NCBI GenBank assembly: GCA_027858835.1
Contig: JAQIBY010000139.1
Location: forward strand, 611-64,610
Direction of reading: 5' to 3'
Origin: Bacteroidales bacterium
GTDB taxonomy: Bacteria > Bacteroidota > Bacteroidia > Bacteroidales > ML635J-15
Length of the DNA stretch: 64,000 bases
Every line of letters begins with the position of its first letter. The stretch's first letter is position 1. The position numbers and the translations under genes were made by a program. The notes beneath the pieces were generated by a model. It was not told the DNA's origin, made no database searches, and saw only the letters and a program-made list of their open reading frames with translations. Shown here in pieces: positions 10,120 through 20,162 of this stretch.

Positions 10120-12156
10120 TTAACTCACACCAGAACCATTCCTAACGGGTTCAATCGGAGAAACAAAGCGTAAGCGTCCGTCAGGTTCTTTTGCCATGAG
10201 TACCATGCCTTCAGAGTCAATGCCACGAAGTTTTTTCGGGGCCAAATTTGCTAAATACAACACTTGCATTCCGATAATATCTTCGGGTTTGTAATATTCT
10301 GCTATACCGGAAACAACGGTTCGGATTTCAGAGCCAATATTCAATGTGAGTTTTAGCAACTTTTTAGTTTTAGCAACTTTTTCCGCCGTTTCTATTTGTG
10401 CAACACGGATGTCCATTTTCATGAAATCGTCAAATGAACAGGCTTCTTTAACGGGTTCCGTTTCCATGGCTTCTGCTTGGTTGCTTTGTTTTGTTGCCTC
10501 AAGTTTATCCAATTGCAATTGCACTTGTTTGTCTTCAATTTTTTCAAAGAGCAAGCCTGGTTTGTTTATTTCAGCTCCCTCTTGAAGCAATTGAAAATTA
10601 TCCTCTTCTAACCACATCGCTTCGGAAATATTGAGATATTCACGTAGTTTTTTCATGGTAAAGGGCAAAAACGCCTCGCCGAGATGTGCGAGATGTGCTG
10701 ATAATTGTAAACAAACATTGAGAATCCCTTTCACACGGGATTCATCAGTTTTTATGAGTTTCCACGGTTCTGATTCGGTGAGATATTTATTGCCGATTCG
10801 TGCAATATTCATTAAATTTTTCAGCGCTTCACGAAATTTGAATTGCTCTAGGTTTTTCTCAATCCCGAGTTTACATGCATTAACCTGCTGAATGATCGCC
10901 TCTTCTTGTTCTCCCCATTTTTCAGCAGCAGGAACTTTTCCGTCAAAGTATTTATGCGTTAACACTAAACTTCGATTTATGAAATTCCCGAGAATTGCAA
11001 CCAGTTCATTATTATTTCTTGCCTGAAAATCTTTCCATGTAAAATCGTTGTCTTTGGTTTCCGGCGCATTTGCCGTTAAAACATAGCGCAACACATCTTG
11101 TTTGCCCGGAAAATCTTCAAGATATTCGTGCAACCAAACCGCCCAGTTTTTACTGGTGGATATTTTATTTCCTTCGAGATTCAGGAATTCATTGGCAGGC
11201 ACATTATCCGGTAGGATATAAGAGCCTTCGTGTTTTAACATGGACGGGAATACGATGCAGTGAAACACAATATTGTCTTTCCCGATGAAATGAATTAAGC
11301 GGGAGTCGTCACTTTTCCAGTATTTCTCCCATTCTGGAGTCAGTTCTTTTGTGGCGGAAATGTATCCAATCGGTGCATCAAACCACACGTAAAGGACTTT
11401 GTCATCAACTCCTTCAATCGGGACAGGCACGCCCCAGTTCAAGTCGCGGGATACGGCTCTGGGATGTAATCCGCCGTCAATCCACGATTTACATTGTCCG
11501 TAAACATTCGGTTTCCATTCTTTATGGTCTTCAAGAATCCACTGCCGCAGCTCATCCTCGTATTTATCTAATGGGAGATACCAGTGAGTGGTTTCTTTTA
11601 AAATGGGATGATTCCCGGAAATAGTTGAATTCGGATTGATGAGTTCTTCGGGAGAAAGCGATGATCCACATTTTTCGCATTGATCGCCATAGGCTTCTTC
11701 AAATCCGCATTTCGGACAGGTTCCAATGATGTATCGGTCTGCAAGAAACTGATTTTCTTTTTCATCAAAATACTGCTTTGTCGTTTTTTGAATGAATTCG
11801 CCTTTGTCGTAAAGGGTTTTGAAAAACTCCGATGCAGTTTCAAAATGGGTTTTTGATGTGGTTCTGGAATAAATGTCAAACGTAATTCCAAAATTTTCGA
11901 ACGCATTTTTAATGATTTTGTGATATCGGTCAACAATATCCTGAGGGCTTACGCCTTCTTTTCTTGCTCTCAGTGTAATCGGAACGCCGTGTTCGTCTGA
12001 ACCACCGATAAAAAGCACATCCCTTTTTCTCATTCTCATGTATCTGACATAAATGTCGGCAGGCACATAAACCCCTGCGAGGTGTCCTATATGAACGGGT
12101 CCGTTAGCGTATGGTAAAGCTGTGGTAATAAGATGTCTTTTATATGTTTTGTCCAT
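10120..12156 (-). CDS. metG: Methionine--tRNA ligase with C-terminal tRNA-binding domain
   Basis: [13 protein letters not shown], zinc knuckle CPKC...CEKC, KISTS, C-terminal Trbp111-like domain. Confidence 0.99.
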   Translation of the reverse strand: MDKTYKRHLITTALPYANGPVHIGHLAGVYVPADIYVRYMRMRKRDVLFIGGSDEHGVPITLRARKEGVSPQDIVDRYHKIIKNAFENFGITFDIYSRTTSKTHFETASEFFKTLYDKGEFIQKTTKQYFDEKENQFLADRYIIGTCPKCGFEEAYGDQCEKCGSSLSPEELINPNSTISGNHPILKETTHWYLPLDKYEDELRQWILEDHKEWKPNVYGQCKSWIDGGLHPRAVSRDLNWGVPVPIEGVDDKVLYVWFDAPIGYISATKELTPEWEKYWKSDDSRLIHFIGKDNIVFHCIVFPSMLKHEGSYILPDNVPANEFLNLEGNKISTSKNWAVWLHEYLEDFPGKQDVLRYVLTANAPETKDNDFTWKDFQARNNNELVAILGNFINRSLVLTHKYFDGKVPAAEKWGEQEEAIIQQVNACKLGIEKNLEQFKFREALKNLMNIARIGNKYLTESEPWKLIKTDESRVKGILNVCLQLSAHLAHLGEAFLPFTMKKLREYLNISEAMWLEEDNFQLLQEGAEINKPGLLFEKIEDKQVQLQLDKLEATKQSNQAEAMETEPVKEACSFDDFMKMDIRVAQIETAEKVAKTKKLLKLTLNIGSEIRTVVSGIAEYYKPEDIIGMQVLYLANLAPKKLRGIDSEGMVLMAKEPDGRLRFVSPIEPVRNGSGVS

Positions 12157-12170
12157 GATTTTGCTGATTT

Positions 12171-13220
12171 CTATTGATTTGTATCCTTTAGTCCATCTTT
12201 TTCGGCTGCCAGTTTAAGTGCGTCTTCTTCGCTGCGATTTTTGTGCAAATCAATTGCCAAATAGAGTGCTTTTCGGAAAGCCTCTTCAGACGCTTTTCCG
12301 TCGCCGGCAATTTCATATGCAGTTCCATGGTCGGGTGATGTACGGATAATTGGTAGCCCGGCAGTAAAATTCACTCCGCCGTCTTTTGCAAGGGTTTTAA
12401 ACGGAGCAAGTCCCTGATCGTGATACATGGCCAAAATTGCATCGAAATTATGGAATTGATGATTTCCGAAAAATCCGTCAGCAGGATATGGCCCGAGTGC
12501 CATAATGCCTTTTTCGCGCGCTTCTTCAAGTGCCGGGGTGATTACTTCCTGTTCTTCTTTTCCAAGCAATCCTTCGTCTCCGATATGTGGATTTAAGCCA
12601 AGGACCGCAATGCGCGGTTTCCGAATTCTAAAATCTTGTTTGAGTGTTTTATTCAGCACATGGATTTTCTTGAGAATTGCCTCTTTTGTGATGTGACTTG
12701 CAACTTCTGAAATGGGTAAATGTCCGGTAACGACACCAACGCGAATATCGTCACTAATCATCAACATCAGGTAATTTTCAATTTGAAAACGTTCTGCGAG
12801 ATATTCTGTGTGTCCAAGAAATTTAAATCCTTCTCTTTGAATGTTGTGTTTGTTGATTGGAGCGGTTAAGAGTGCATCAATTTCATTTGATTTTAAATCG
12901 TTAACTGCCGCTTCCAATGCTAAAAATGAAGATTCACCCGCTTCTTCGGAGCTTTTTCCGAGTTCAACACGAATGTTTTCATCAACTACATTAATAATGT
13001 TTACACGATTCGGATTTGCTTGCGCTGCTTCATTGATATGATTTGGTGTGAAGTTATTATTGTTAATCGCTTTTTTATGATAAGCAGCGACCTTGGGTGA
13101 GCCATAAATAATCGGTGTGCACAAGTCGAGAAGCCGTGCATCACTCAAGGTTTTTATAATGATTTCATAGCTGATACCGTTGATATCTCCGTGGGTTATT
13201 CCCAATCGTATTTTGTTCAT
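12171..13220 (-). CDS. pdxA: 4-hydroxythreonine-4-phosphate dehydrogenase
   Basis: [48 protein letters not shown] motifs. Confidence 0.96.
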   Translation of the reverse strand: MNKIRLGITHGDINGISYEIIIKTLSDARLLDLCTPIIYGSPKVAAYHKKAINNNNFTPNHINEAAQANPNRVNIINVVDENIRVELGKSSEEAGESSFLALEAAVNDLKSNEIDALLTAPINKHNIQREGFKFLGHTEYLAERFQIENYLMLMISDDIRVGVVTGHLPISEVASHITKEAILKKIHVLNKTLKQDFRIRKPRIAVLGLNPHIGDEGLLGKEEQEVITPALEEAREKGIMALGPYPADGFFGNHQFHNFDAILAMYHDQGLAPFKTLAKDGGVNFTAGLPIIRTSPDHGTAYEIAGDGKASEEAFRKALYLAIDLHKNRSEEDALKLAAEKDGLKDTNQ

Positions 13221-13232
13221 ATTATTCTGTTT

Positions 13233-14672
13233 TTATCTTGTTTGTTTTTCAGTGCGAAAATAGAAAAAATCATTTAAAAGTCTTACACCCACACCGCTTC
13301 CTTGTTTTCCGCGATACGAATCGGCAGATTCTAAAAAGGCTGGACCTGCGATGTCGAGATGGATGTAGGGGTAATCCGTGAAATATTCGAGGAATTTTCC
13401 TGCAGTAATTGCTCCTGCATTTCGTCCGCCAACATTTTGTAAATCGGCAATATCGGATTTTAATTGTTCTTTGTAATCATCCCAAAAGGGAAGTTCTGCA
13501 ATGCGCTCGTGGCATGCAAATCCTGCTTTTTTGAGCAATTCCATTTCGTCGGGTGCATTGCCCATGGCTGCAATGGCTTTAATTCCCACGGCAACTTCGG
13601 CAGCTCCTGTCAATGTTGCCAGATCAATGACTAGTTCTGGATTATATTGTTTGGCAAATGCCAGTGCATCGGCAAGAATCATACGTCCTTCGGCATCTGT
13701 ATTTAAGACTTCAACCGTCGTGCCGTCATACATGTGGATCACATCCTGAGGGAGATAGGCGTCTTTTCCGGGGCGGTTGTCCGTTGCTGGGATTAATCCA
13801 ATCACATACAAAGGAATTTCTGATTTGGCGAAATTTAACATGCTTCCGGCGACTGCTGCTGCACCGCCCATATCTGATTTCATCAAATCCATACTGCCTT
13901 TTGTCGGTTTCAAACTGACACCGCCGGTATCAAACATCACACCTTTCCCGACCAAAACAAGCGGCTTTTCATTCAGCGCATTGTCTGGTTTCCATTCCAT
14001 AATCGTAAAACTTGGACCTACTTCGCTGCCTTTGTTTACGGCTAGCAGTCCGCCCATTTTATGTGCTTCAATTTCGGCTTTTAAATAGCTTTTAACTTTT
14101 AATCCGGTATCATTTGCTGTTTCTCCGAGTAATTCAGCAAAGCGAACGGCATTCAAATGAGAGTGCGGTTCGTTAACGCAATCTCGCGCAAAATAAACCG
14201 ACTCAATCAACGCGTTGATTCGTTGTGTTTTTTGAGTGTCGCAAAAGCTGCTGTGAACATTAATAGTTTGCAAACTGTTTCGCTTAGGCGCTTTAAAATA
14301 TTTGTTGAATTGATAATTCGACAATGCCAATCCTTCAGAAAAATCAAACCATGCCGTGTCAATTTTACTCTTATCATCAATGAAAATTTCCTTTAATTTA
14401 TGCTCATTAATGATGGAACAGGCATTATGCGCTTTTTCTCTCAGCGTTTCACGGGCTTTATCGCTCGCATTTTTATCAATGACGACAACAAATGATTGTT
14501 TGAAATAAGAATTGATGTGAATAAAGTCTGTATCTGCCTCAATTTTTTCTTTGAGATAAGCGGCTTCTGTTTTTGTAAATGACAAATCGGAAATCGCTGT
14601 GTCTTTGTGTATGAGGTAAACAACAGAGTTTTCCGGTGAACGAAAATCCACTAATTTTATATCTGTTTTCAT
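13233..14672 (-). CDS. pepA: Leucyl aminopeptidase (M17)
   Basis: VGKGVMFDTGG, MKSDMGGAA, NTDAEGRMILADAL, DLATLTGA, HLDIAGP. Confidence 0.96.
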   Translation of the reverse strand: MKTDIKLVDFRSPENSVVYLIHKDTAISDLSFTKTEAAYLKEKIEADTDFIHINSYFKQSFVVVIDKNASDKARETLREKAHNACSIINEHKLKEIFIDDKSKIDTAWFDFSEGLALSNYQFNKYFKAPKRNSLQTINVHSSFCDTQKTQRINALIESVYFARDCVNEPHSHLNAVRFAELLGETANDTGLKVKSYLKAEIEAHKMGGLLAVNKGSEVGPSFTIMEWKPDNALNEKPLVLVGKGVMFDTGGVSLKPTKGSMDLMKSDMGGAAAVAGSMLNFAKSEIPLYVIGLIPATDNRPGKDAYLPQDVIHMYDGTTVEVLNTDAEGRMILADALAFAKQYNPELVIDLATLTGAAEVAVGIKAIAAMGNAPDEMELLKKAGFACHERIAELPFWDDYKEQLKSDIADLQNVGGRNAGAITAGKFLEYFTDYPYIHLDIAGPAFLESADSYRGKQGSGVGVRLLNDFFYFRTEKQTR

Positions 14673-14871
14673 CTTTTTGAACGGGTTAAAATTAAAAGCT
14701 TAAAGGTACAAAAAGGAATGGAAGCGAAAGGGATGATTGGGATAATTTTTTTATGATTGAATTATCCAGTCCAGAATATTCACACACACGACTATTTCAC
14801 GAAGTACTGAAACTGTTTTTTATTCCGATGAAAAATGAACTCAGAAACGCATTTTTAACCATTGCTTTTTT

Positions 14872-14879
14872 TATCTTTG
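14872..14879 (+). promoter_or_regulatory. Bacteroidota sigma-A -7 element upstream of dnaG
   Basis: TATCTTTG matches the TAnnTTTG consensus about 38 nt before the ATG at 14917. Confidence 0.6.
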
Positions 14880-14916
14880 TCATGACAAAATAATCCGAAA
14901 ACAGCCTTTGATTTTT

Positions 14917-16854
14917 ATGATTGACCAAGCGACCATAGACCGTATTTTTGACACTGCCGACATTGTCGATGTCATTTCTGATTTCGTGCAGCTCAAGCGT
15001 CGTGGTACCAATCATATTGGATTGTGTCCTTTTCATAATGAAAAGACGCCTTCTTTTAACGTTTCACAATCGAAAGGAATATATAAATGTTTCGGATGCG
15101 GGAAAGGCGGAAATGTGGTGTCTTTTGTGATGGAGCATGAACATATGGCTTATCCTGAGGCATTGAAATATATTGCCGGGAAATACGGCATTCCTGTTCA
15201 CGAAGAAAAACCGACTGAGGAAGAAGTTCAAAAGCGAGATCATCGAGAATCTATGATGATTGTCAATGAGTTTGCACGCAAATATTTTTGTCAGCAATTA
15301 CTTGAAACTGATAGAGGAAGAGCGGTAGGGCTTGCATATTTTCGGGAGCGGGCGATCAATGATCAAATGATTGACAAGTTTGATTTGGGTTTTTGTCCCG
15401 AAGGGCAAGATGTTTTTACAAATGATGCGCTTGGAAAAGGCTATAAGCTTGAATTTCTTGAAAGTACGGGGCTGACAATTGTCCGTGAAAATTGGCGTGC
15501 CGATCGGTTTAGCGGACGAGTCATGTTTCCGATTCATTCGGTTGCAGGACGCGTTATTGGTTTTGGCGGGCGTACCTTGAGTACAGAAAAGAAAATCGCA
15601 AAATATCTCAACTCCCCGGAGTCGGATGTTTATCATAAAAGCAAAGTTCTTTACGGGATTTTTCAGGCAAAACGCAAAATTGTTCAGGAAGATAATTGTT
15701 ATTTAGTTGAGGGCTATACGGATGTTATTTCGCTGCATCAAAAGTTGATTGAAAATGTTGTGGCATCATCCGGAACCTCATTAACAGAGGATCAAATCCG
15801 TTTGATAAAGCGCTTTACTTCCAATGTAACCATTTTGTATGATGGTGATCCTGCCGGTATCAAAGCCTCTTTGCGCGGAATTGATATGTTTTTGGAGCAG
15901 GACATGAATGTTCGTGTTGTGTTGTTTCCCGAAGGAGAAGATCCTGATTCTTTTGCGCGTGCCAACACGCCGGAAAGCGTAAAGGAATATATCGAATCTG
16001 AAAAGCAGGATTTCATCCATTTTAAAACCAAATTACTGCTTGAAGATGCTCAAAACGACCCAATTCGCCGATCAGAACTTGTTACCGGGATTGTGAAAAG
16101 CATTGGAGTAATTGACGATCAAATCAAACAATCGGTTTACATAAAATCTTGTAGCAAATTACTGGATATTGGTGAAGATGTACTTTATTCAGAATTGCAG
16201 AAAATTCGCAAACGACGATTAGAGGAAAAGCAAAGAAAAAATCGCCAGAAAACGCTGCATAAGCAAGATAATGTAATTCCGGTGGTTCCTGCACATGTCT
16301 CCAATGTTTATATGGAGGAGCATGAAAAGGAAATTATCCGGGTTCTGCTTTTGTACGGAGACATGTTGATTTTTGAGGATGAGGTCGGGAAAAAAGTGCG
16401 GGTTGCCGAATATATTATTGGAGAAATCCGAAATGATGAGCTTGAATTTGAGAATCTGGTTTATAATCGCTTATTTGAAACAGCCGCTGAGCTTTTAAAC
16501 GAAGGGAAAGTGATTGAAAAACATGTGTTTATTAATCATTCGGATGCTAGTATTGCAAAGCTTTGTGCCGAGTTACTGACAAATCGCTATAGCCTAGATC
16601 CCTATTGGGCAAAACATGGGTCACAAATAGAAACTGAGGATCAAAAACTCCCGACTGATGTTCCAAATTTAATTGTACAATACAAGCGGAAAATCCTTGA
16701 AAAAGGATTTGAAATTAAAGTGAAGGCAATGCTTGAGGCGGAAAAAAGTAAAGCACATTCTGATGAAATAATTCAGCTTCAAACAGAATTGAAGGATTTA
16801 CTTGAAAAAATCCGCCAGCTTTCTGATTTAAATGGAATGGTGATTTTGAAATGA
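14917..16854 (+). CDS. dnaG: DNA primase
   Basis: CPFHNEKTPSF...CFGC zinc finger, KYLNSPES, VEGYTDV and YDGDPAG TOPRIM motifs. Confidence 0.99.
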   Translation: MIDQATIDRIFDTADIVDVISDFVQLKRRGTNHIGLCPFHNEKTPSFNVSQSKGIYKCFGCGKGGNVVSFVMEHEHMAYPEALKYIAGKYGIPVHEEKPTEEEVQKRDHRESMMIVNEFARKYFCQQLLETDRGRAVGLAYFRERAINDQMIDKFDLGFCPEGQDVFTNDALGKGYKLEFLESTGLTIVRENWRADRFSGRVMFPIHSVAGRVIGFGGRTLSTEKKIAKYLNSPESDVYHKSKVLYGIFQAKRKIVQEDNCYLVEGYTDVISLHQKLIENVVASSGTSLTEDQIRLIKRFTSNVTILYDGDPAGIKASLRGIDMFLEQDMNVRVVLFPEGEDPDSFARANTPESVKEYIESEKQDFIHFKTKLLLEDAQNDPIRRSELVTGIVKSIGVIDDQIKQSVYIKSCSKLLDIGEDVLYSELQKIRKRRLEEKQRKNRQKTLHKQDNVIPVVPAHVSNVYMEEHEKEIIRVLLLYGDMLIFEDEVGKKVRVAEYIIGEIRNDELEFENLVYNRLFETAAELLNEGKVIEKHVFINHSDASIAKLCAELLTNRYSLDPYWAKHGSQIETEDQKLPTDVPNLIVQYKRKILEKGFEIKVKAMLEAEKSKAHSDEIIQLQTELKDLLEKIRQLSDLNGMVILK

Positions 16855-16934
16855 TCTCGGAGGTACCTGGTTTTTAGCATTTCACATTTGTCCAATCCCT
16901 CTAATTCACTAATTTAGCATCAAAAATTAAAGCT

Positions 16935-17897
16935 ATGCTACTTAAGATAACCATACTTTTATCCGTTGTTTTTCAGGTAATTGCAGCCCTGATGGCGATT
17001 CGCCTCATAAAAAAAACAAAATATAATCTTGCCTGGATGCTCATTACCATTGGGCTGGCGGCATTGCTAGTGCGACGCGTTGTGGAATTTTTGCCCCTTG
17101 TCAGCGATTTTCAGCCGCAGGATTTTCGTCTGCTTTTCATTTGGGTGGGGACAATCAGCTCTCTATTTTTCGCAATGGGCGTTATTCTCATTCGGCAGAT
17201 TTTCAACTACATTTATCGGGTTGAGTCTGAGCGCCGACATGCTGAAAGTCGGATGCTATCGTCTGTAATTGCAGCTGAAGAATCGGAGCGGATACGCTTA
17301 TCGAGGGAATTGCACGATGGACTCGGTCCCCTGATGTCAAGTATCAAAATGACGGTTTCTGCCATTGAGCAACAGGCGGAGAATGAGAATCAAAAACAAT
17401 TGGCTACCAATGTCAATATGCTGGTTCAGGAAGCATTGAAATCCGTAAAGGATATTTCTGCGAATTTGTCGCCTCAAATGTTGAATCACTTTGGGTTGGA
17501 GCAGGCGCTGGCTAACTTTATTAACAAGGTCAATGATTCAAAACAACTTCAAATTGATTTTAAAATGCGTGCAAAGCACAAACGACTACCCGGTAATGTT
17601 GAAATTATTATTTATCGTGTTGCTTGTGAGTTAATTACGAATACTTTTAGGCATGCCGATGCGAAAAAAGCAAATCTGGAAATTGAAGCTGAAAACACCC
17701 ATTTAAGTTTAAATTATTGCGATGATGGGCATGGTTTTGATGTGGATGAAGTGCTTGTCAGACATCACGGAATGGGGGTTGCAAACATTTATTCGCGTAT
17801 TTCATCTTTGCATGGGAGTGTTGATATTTTGTCAAATCCGGACGAAGGCATGAGTGTGAAAATTTATATACCTTTGAAGCATGAACACACAAGATGA
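16935..17897 (+). CDS. HisKA_3 (NarX/DesK-type) sensor histidine kinase with a small three-TM input domain
   Basis: ERIRLSRELHDGLG H-box, ELITNTFRHA N-box, DDGHGFD and GMGVANI G-boxes; three N-terminal hydrophobic helices with only short loops. Confidence 0.93.
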   Translation: MLLKITILLSVVFQVIAALMAIRLIKKTKYNLAWMLITIGLAALLVRRVVEFLPLVSDFQPQDFRLLFIWVGTISSLFFAMGVILIRQIFNYIYRVESERRHAESRMLSSVIAAEESERIRLSRELHDGLGPLMSSIKMTVSAIEQQAENENQKQLATNVNMLVQEALKSVKDISANLSPQMLNHFGLEQALANFINKVNDSKQLQIDFKMRAKHKRLPGNVEIIIYRVACELITNTFRHADAKKANLEIEAENTHLSLNYCDDGHGFDVDEVLVRHHGMGVANIYSRISSLHGSVDILSNPDEGMSVKIYIPLKHEHTR

Positions 17898-18528
17898 CAT
17901 ACGAATCGTGTTAGTAGATGACCACACCCTCTTCCGCAACGGATTAAAAAATTTGTTGAATGGAATTCAAGGGTTTCGTGTTGTTGCAGAGGCAGAAAAC
18001 GGGAAAAAGTTCCTTGAGCTATTGGATGAAGTTAAACCGGATATCGTTTTACTTGATATTGCAATGCCTGTAATGGATGGGGTCGAGGCAGCAACAAAAG
18101 CGTTGGAACTGCAGGAAGACATGTCAATCATTACTTTGTCTATGTTTGCTGATGAAGCCTATTATAAACAAATGGTTGAAGCAGGAGTTAGGGGTTTTAT
18201 TTTGAAAGATGCTGGCATTGCCGAGGTTGAATCTGCAATTCGAACTGTGTATCAAGGAAAAACCTTCTTTTCGCAGGAACTCTTGCAAGCGCTTTTGTCC
18301 GGATTGTATCATGACACCGGTCTTGAAAAGTATGAATTATCTGAAAGAGAAATTGAAGTAATTCAACAAGTCTGCACGGGAAAATCTAATCTCGAAATTG
18401 CTGATGATTTGTGCATTTCAAAGCGCACAGTTGAAAAACACCGGGCAAATATCATGGAAAAAACCCATTGTAAAAATACTGCCAGCCTTGTAATTTTTGC
18501 CGTGAAAAATAAAATTGTCGAAGTATGA
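17881..18528 (+). CDS. NarL/FixJ-family response regulator (REC plus LuxR HTH)
   Basis: VDDHTLFR, LLDIAMPVMDG, LSEREIEV...IADDLCISKRTVEKHRANIMEK; overlaps the kinase stop. Confidence 0.95.
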   Translation: MNTQDDIRIVLVDDHTLFRNGLKNLLNGIQGFRVVAEAENGKKFLELLDEVKPDIVLLDIAMPVMDGVEAATKALELQEDMSIITLSMFADEAYYKQMVEAGVRGFILKDAGIAEVESAIRTVYQGKTFFSQELLQALLSGLYHDTGLEKYELSEREIEVIQQVCTGKSNLEIADDLCISKRTVEKHRANIMEKTHCKNTASLVIFAVKNKIVEV

Positions 18529-18763
18529 GGGGAAATCCCAAGCACTAAAAAGGTGAAATAACAAACCTCAAATTCCAAAATCCAAGAAACATAATTAAAA
18601 ACAGTGCATTCGTTTTGAAATTTATATTTTGTCATTTATGTTTTTAATTTCTAAATTCTCATTTTGCAAAATTCTAATCAATTGATATAGAATTTCTGAC
18701 TTTTTCTTATCTTGCCTGCGTTTTCGTGCTTTGATGCGTTATTTCGTGATTCAGACACATTTT

Positions 18764-18803
18764 CTTCGTATTAATACGTATTTAGCTTCGTGTTTTTACG
18801 AAT
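18764..18803. promoter_or_regulatory. Pair of quasi-palindromic operator-like sites
   Basis: CTTCGTATTAATACGTAT (18764-18781) and CTTCGTGTTTTTACGAAT (18786-18803), 22-bp period. Confidence 0.45.
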
Positions 18804-18898
18804 AAAACGCTTAGTAAATGCGCATAATGAAAAATTGTAATATTGTTTCCGCTTAAAGTGGATGAAAAAATAAATGGTAAAATTAAAAACTGAATATT

Positions 18899-20152
18899 AT
18901 GTCAGACATTTTTAACAAAATCAGAACTGAAAAAGGACCCTTGGGTCGTTATCAAGAACAAGCACATGGGTATTTTACATTTCCGAAGCTCGAAGGTGAA
19001 ATTAAGCCAAGAATGATTTTTAACGGAAAGGAAGTTTTAACCTGGAGTTTAAATAATTATTTGGGACTTGCAAATCACCCCGAAGTTAGAAAAGCAGATG
19101 CTGAAGCTGCTGCTGAATACGGAATGGCTTATCCGATGGGCGCTCGTATGATGTCAGGACAAACAAAATATCATGAGGAATTAGAGCGAAAATTGGCGAA
19201 ATTTGTTGAAAAAGAAGATGCATTTCTTTTGAATTTCGGATATCAGGGAATGGTTTCTATTATTGATTCTTTGGTTGACCGCCGTGATGTCATCGTTTAT
19301 GATTCAGAATCTCACGCTTGTATCCTTGATGGGATGCGCTTGCACATTGGAAAACGCTTTGTATTCCCACATAATGATATTGAAAAATTAGATAAACAAC
19401 TGGAACGTGCATCGAAAATTGCTGAAAGACAAGGTGGCGGCGTGATGGTTATTACTGAAGGCGTTTTTGGAATGGCCGGAGATCTCGGTCACTTGCATGA
19501 AATTGCAAAATTGAAATCAAAGCATAACTTCCGTTTATTGGTTGATGATGCGCACGGATTTGGTACAATGGGTGAAACCGGTGCAGGAACAGGAGAACAT
19601 TATGATGTTCAAGATGAAATTGATGTGTATTTCTCAACCTTTGCAAAATCAATGGCCGGAATTGGTGCATTTGTTGCTGCTGATAAAGATATTGTTGATT
19701 TTCTGAGATATAATATGCGCTCACAAACTTTTGCTAAATCATTGCCAATGCCGATGGTAAAAGGCGCTTTGAAACGCTTGGAACTCTTGCAAAACAAGCC
19801 GGAGCTAAAGGCAAATCTTTGGAAAGTTGTTGATGCTTTGCAATCAGGACTTAAAGAGCGTGGATTTAATATCGGGGAAACCGAATCTTGTGTAACTCCT
19901 GTTTATTTTGAAGGTGGATTGATAGAAGGCACAAATTGTGTGATTGATTTGCGCGAAAATTACAGTATTTTCTGTTCGATTGTTGTGTATCCGGTTGTCC
20001 CGAAAGACACAATTATGTTGCGCCTCATTCCGACAGCCGTTCATTCCTTGGATGATGTCAATGAGACTTTGGAAGCATTTTCAGTAATTCGTGATAAACT
20101 TGCTGCCGGAGAATATGCAAAAGGTGGATTGAGAAATATGAGCATCGCTTAA
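18899..20152 (+). CDS. PLP-dependent alpha-oxoamine synthase, probable cysteate acyl-ACP transferase (SulA/CapB type) of sulfonolipid synthesis
   Basis: AOS motifs NNYLGLANHP, GARMMSG, ESHACILDG, EGVFGMAGD, DDAHG. PLP lysine in STFAKS (K250) and a second Lys in RSQTFAKSLPM (K280). AOS family is secure; the subfamily is from recalled similarity. Confidence 0.75.
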   Translation: MSDIFNKIRTEKGPLGRYQEQAHGYFTFPKLEGEIKPRMIFNGKEVLTWSLNNYLGLANHPEVRKADAEAAAEYGMAYPMGARMMSGQTKYHEELERKLAKFVEKEDAFLLNFGYQGMVSIIDSLVDRRDVIVYDSESHACILDGMRLHIGKRFVFPHNDIEKLDKQLERASKIAERQGGGVMVITEGVFGMAGDLGHLHEIAKLKSKHNFRLLVDDAHGFGTMGETGAGTGEHYDVQDEIDVYFSTFAKSMAGIGAFVAADKDIVDFLRYNMRSQTFAKSLPMPMVKGALKRLELLQNKPELKANLWKVVDALQSGLKERGFNIGETESCVTPVYFEGGLIEGTNCVIDLRENYSIFCSIVVYPVVPKDTIMLRLIPTAVHSLDDVNETLEAFSVIRDKLAAGEYAKGGLRNMSIA

Positions 20153-20162
20153 AATCAACACA

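Noticed and set aside
14781-14790. (CA)n phase-variation tract upstream of dnaG
   Set aside because: Only about four units; too short.
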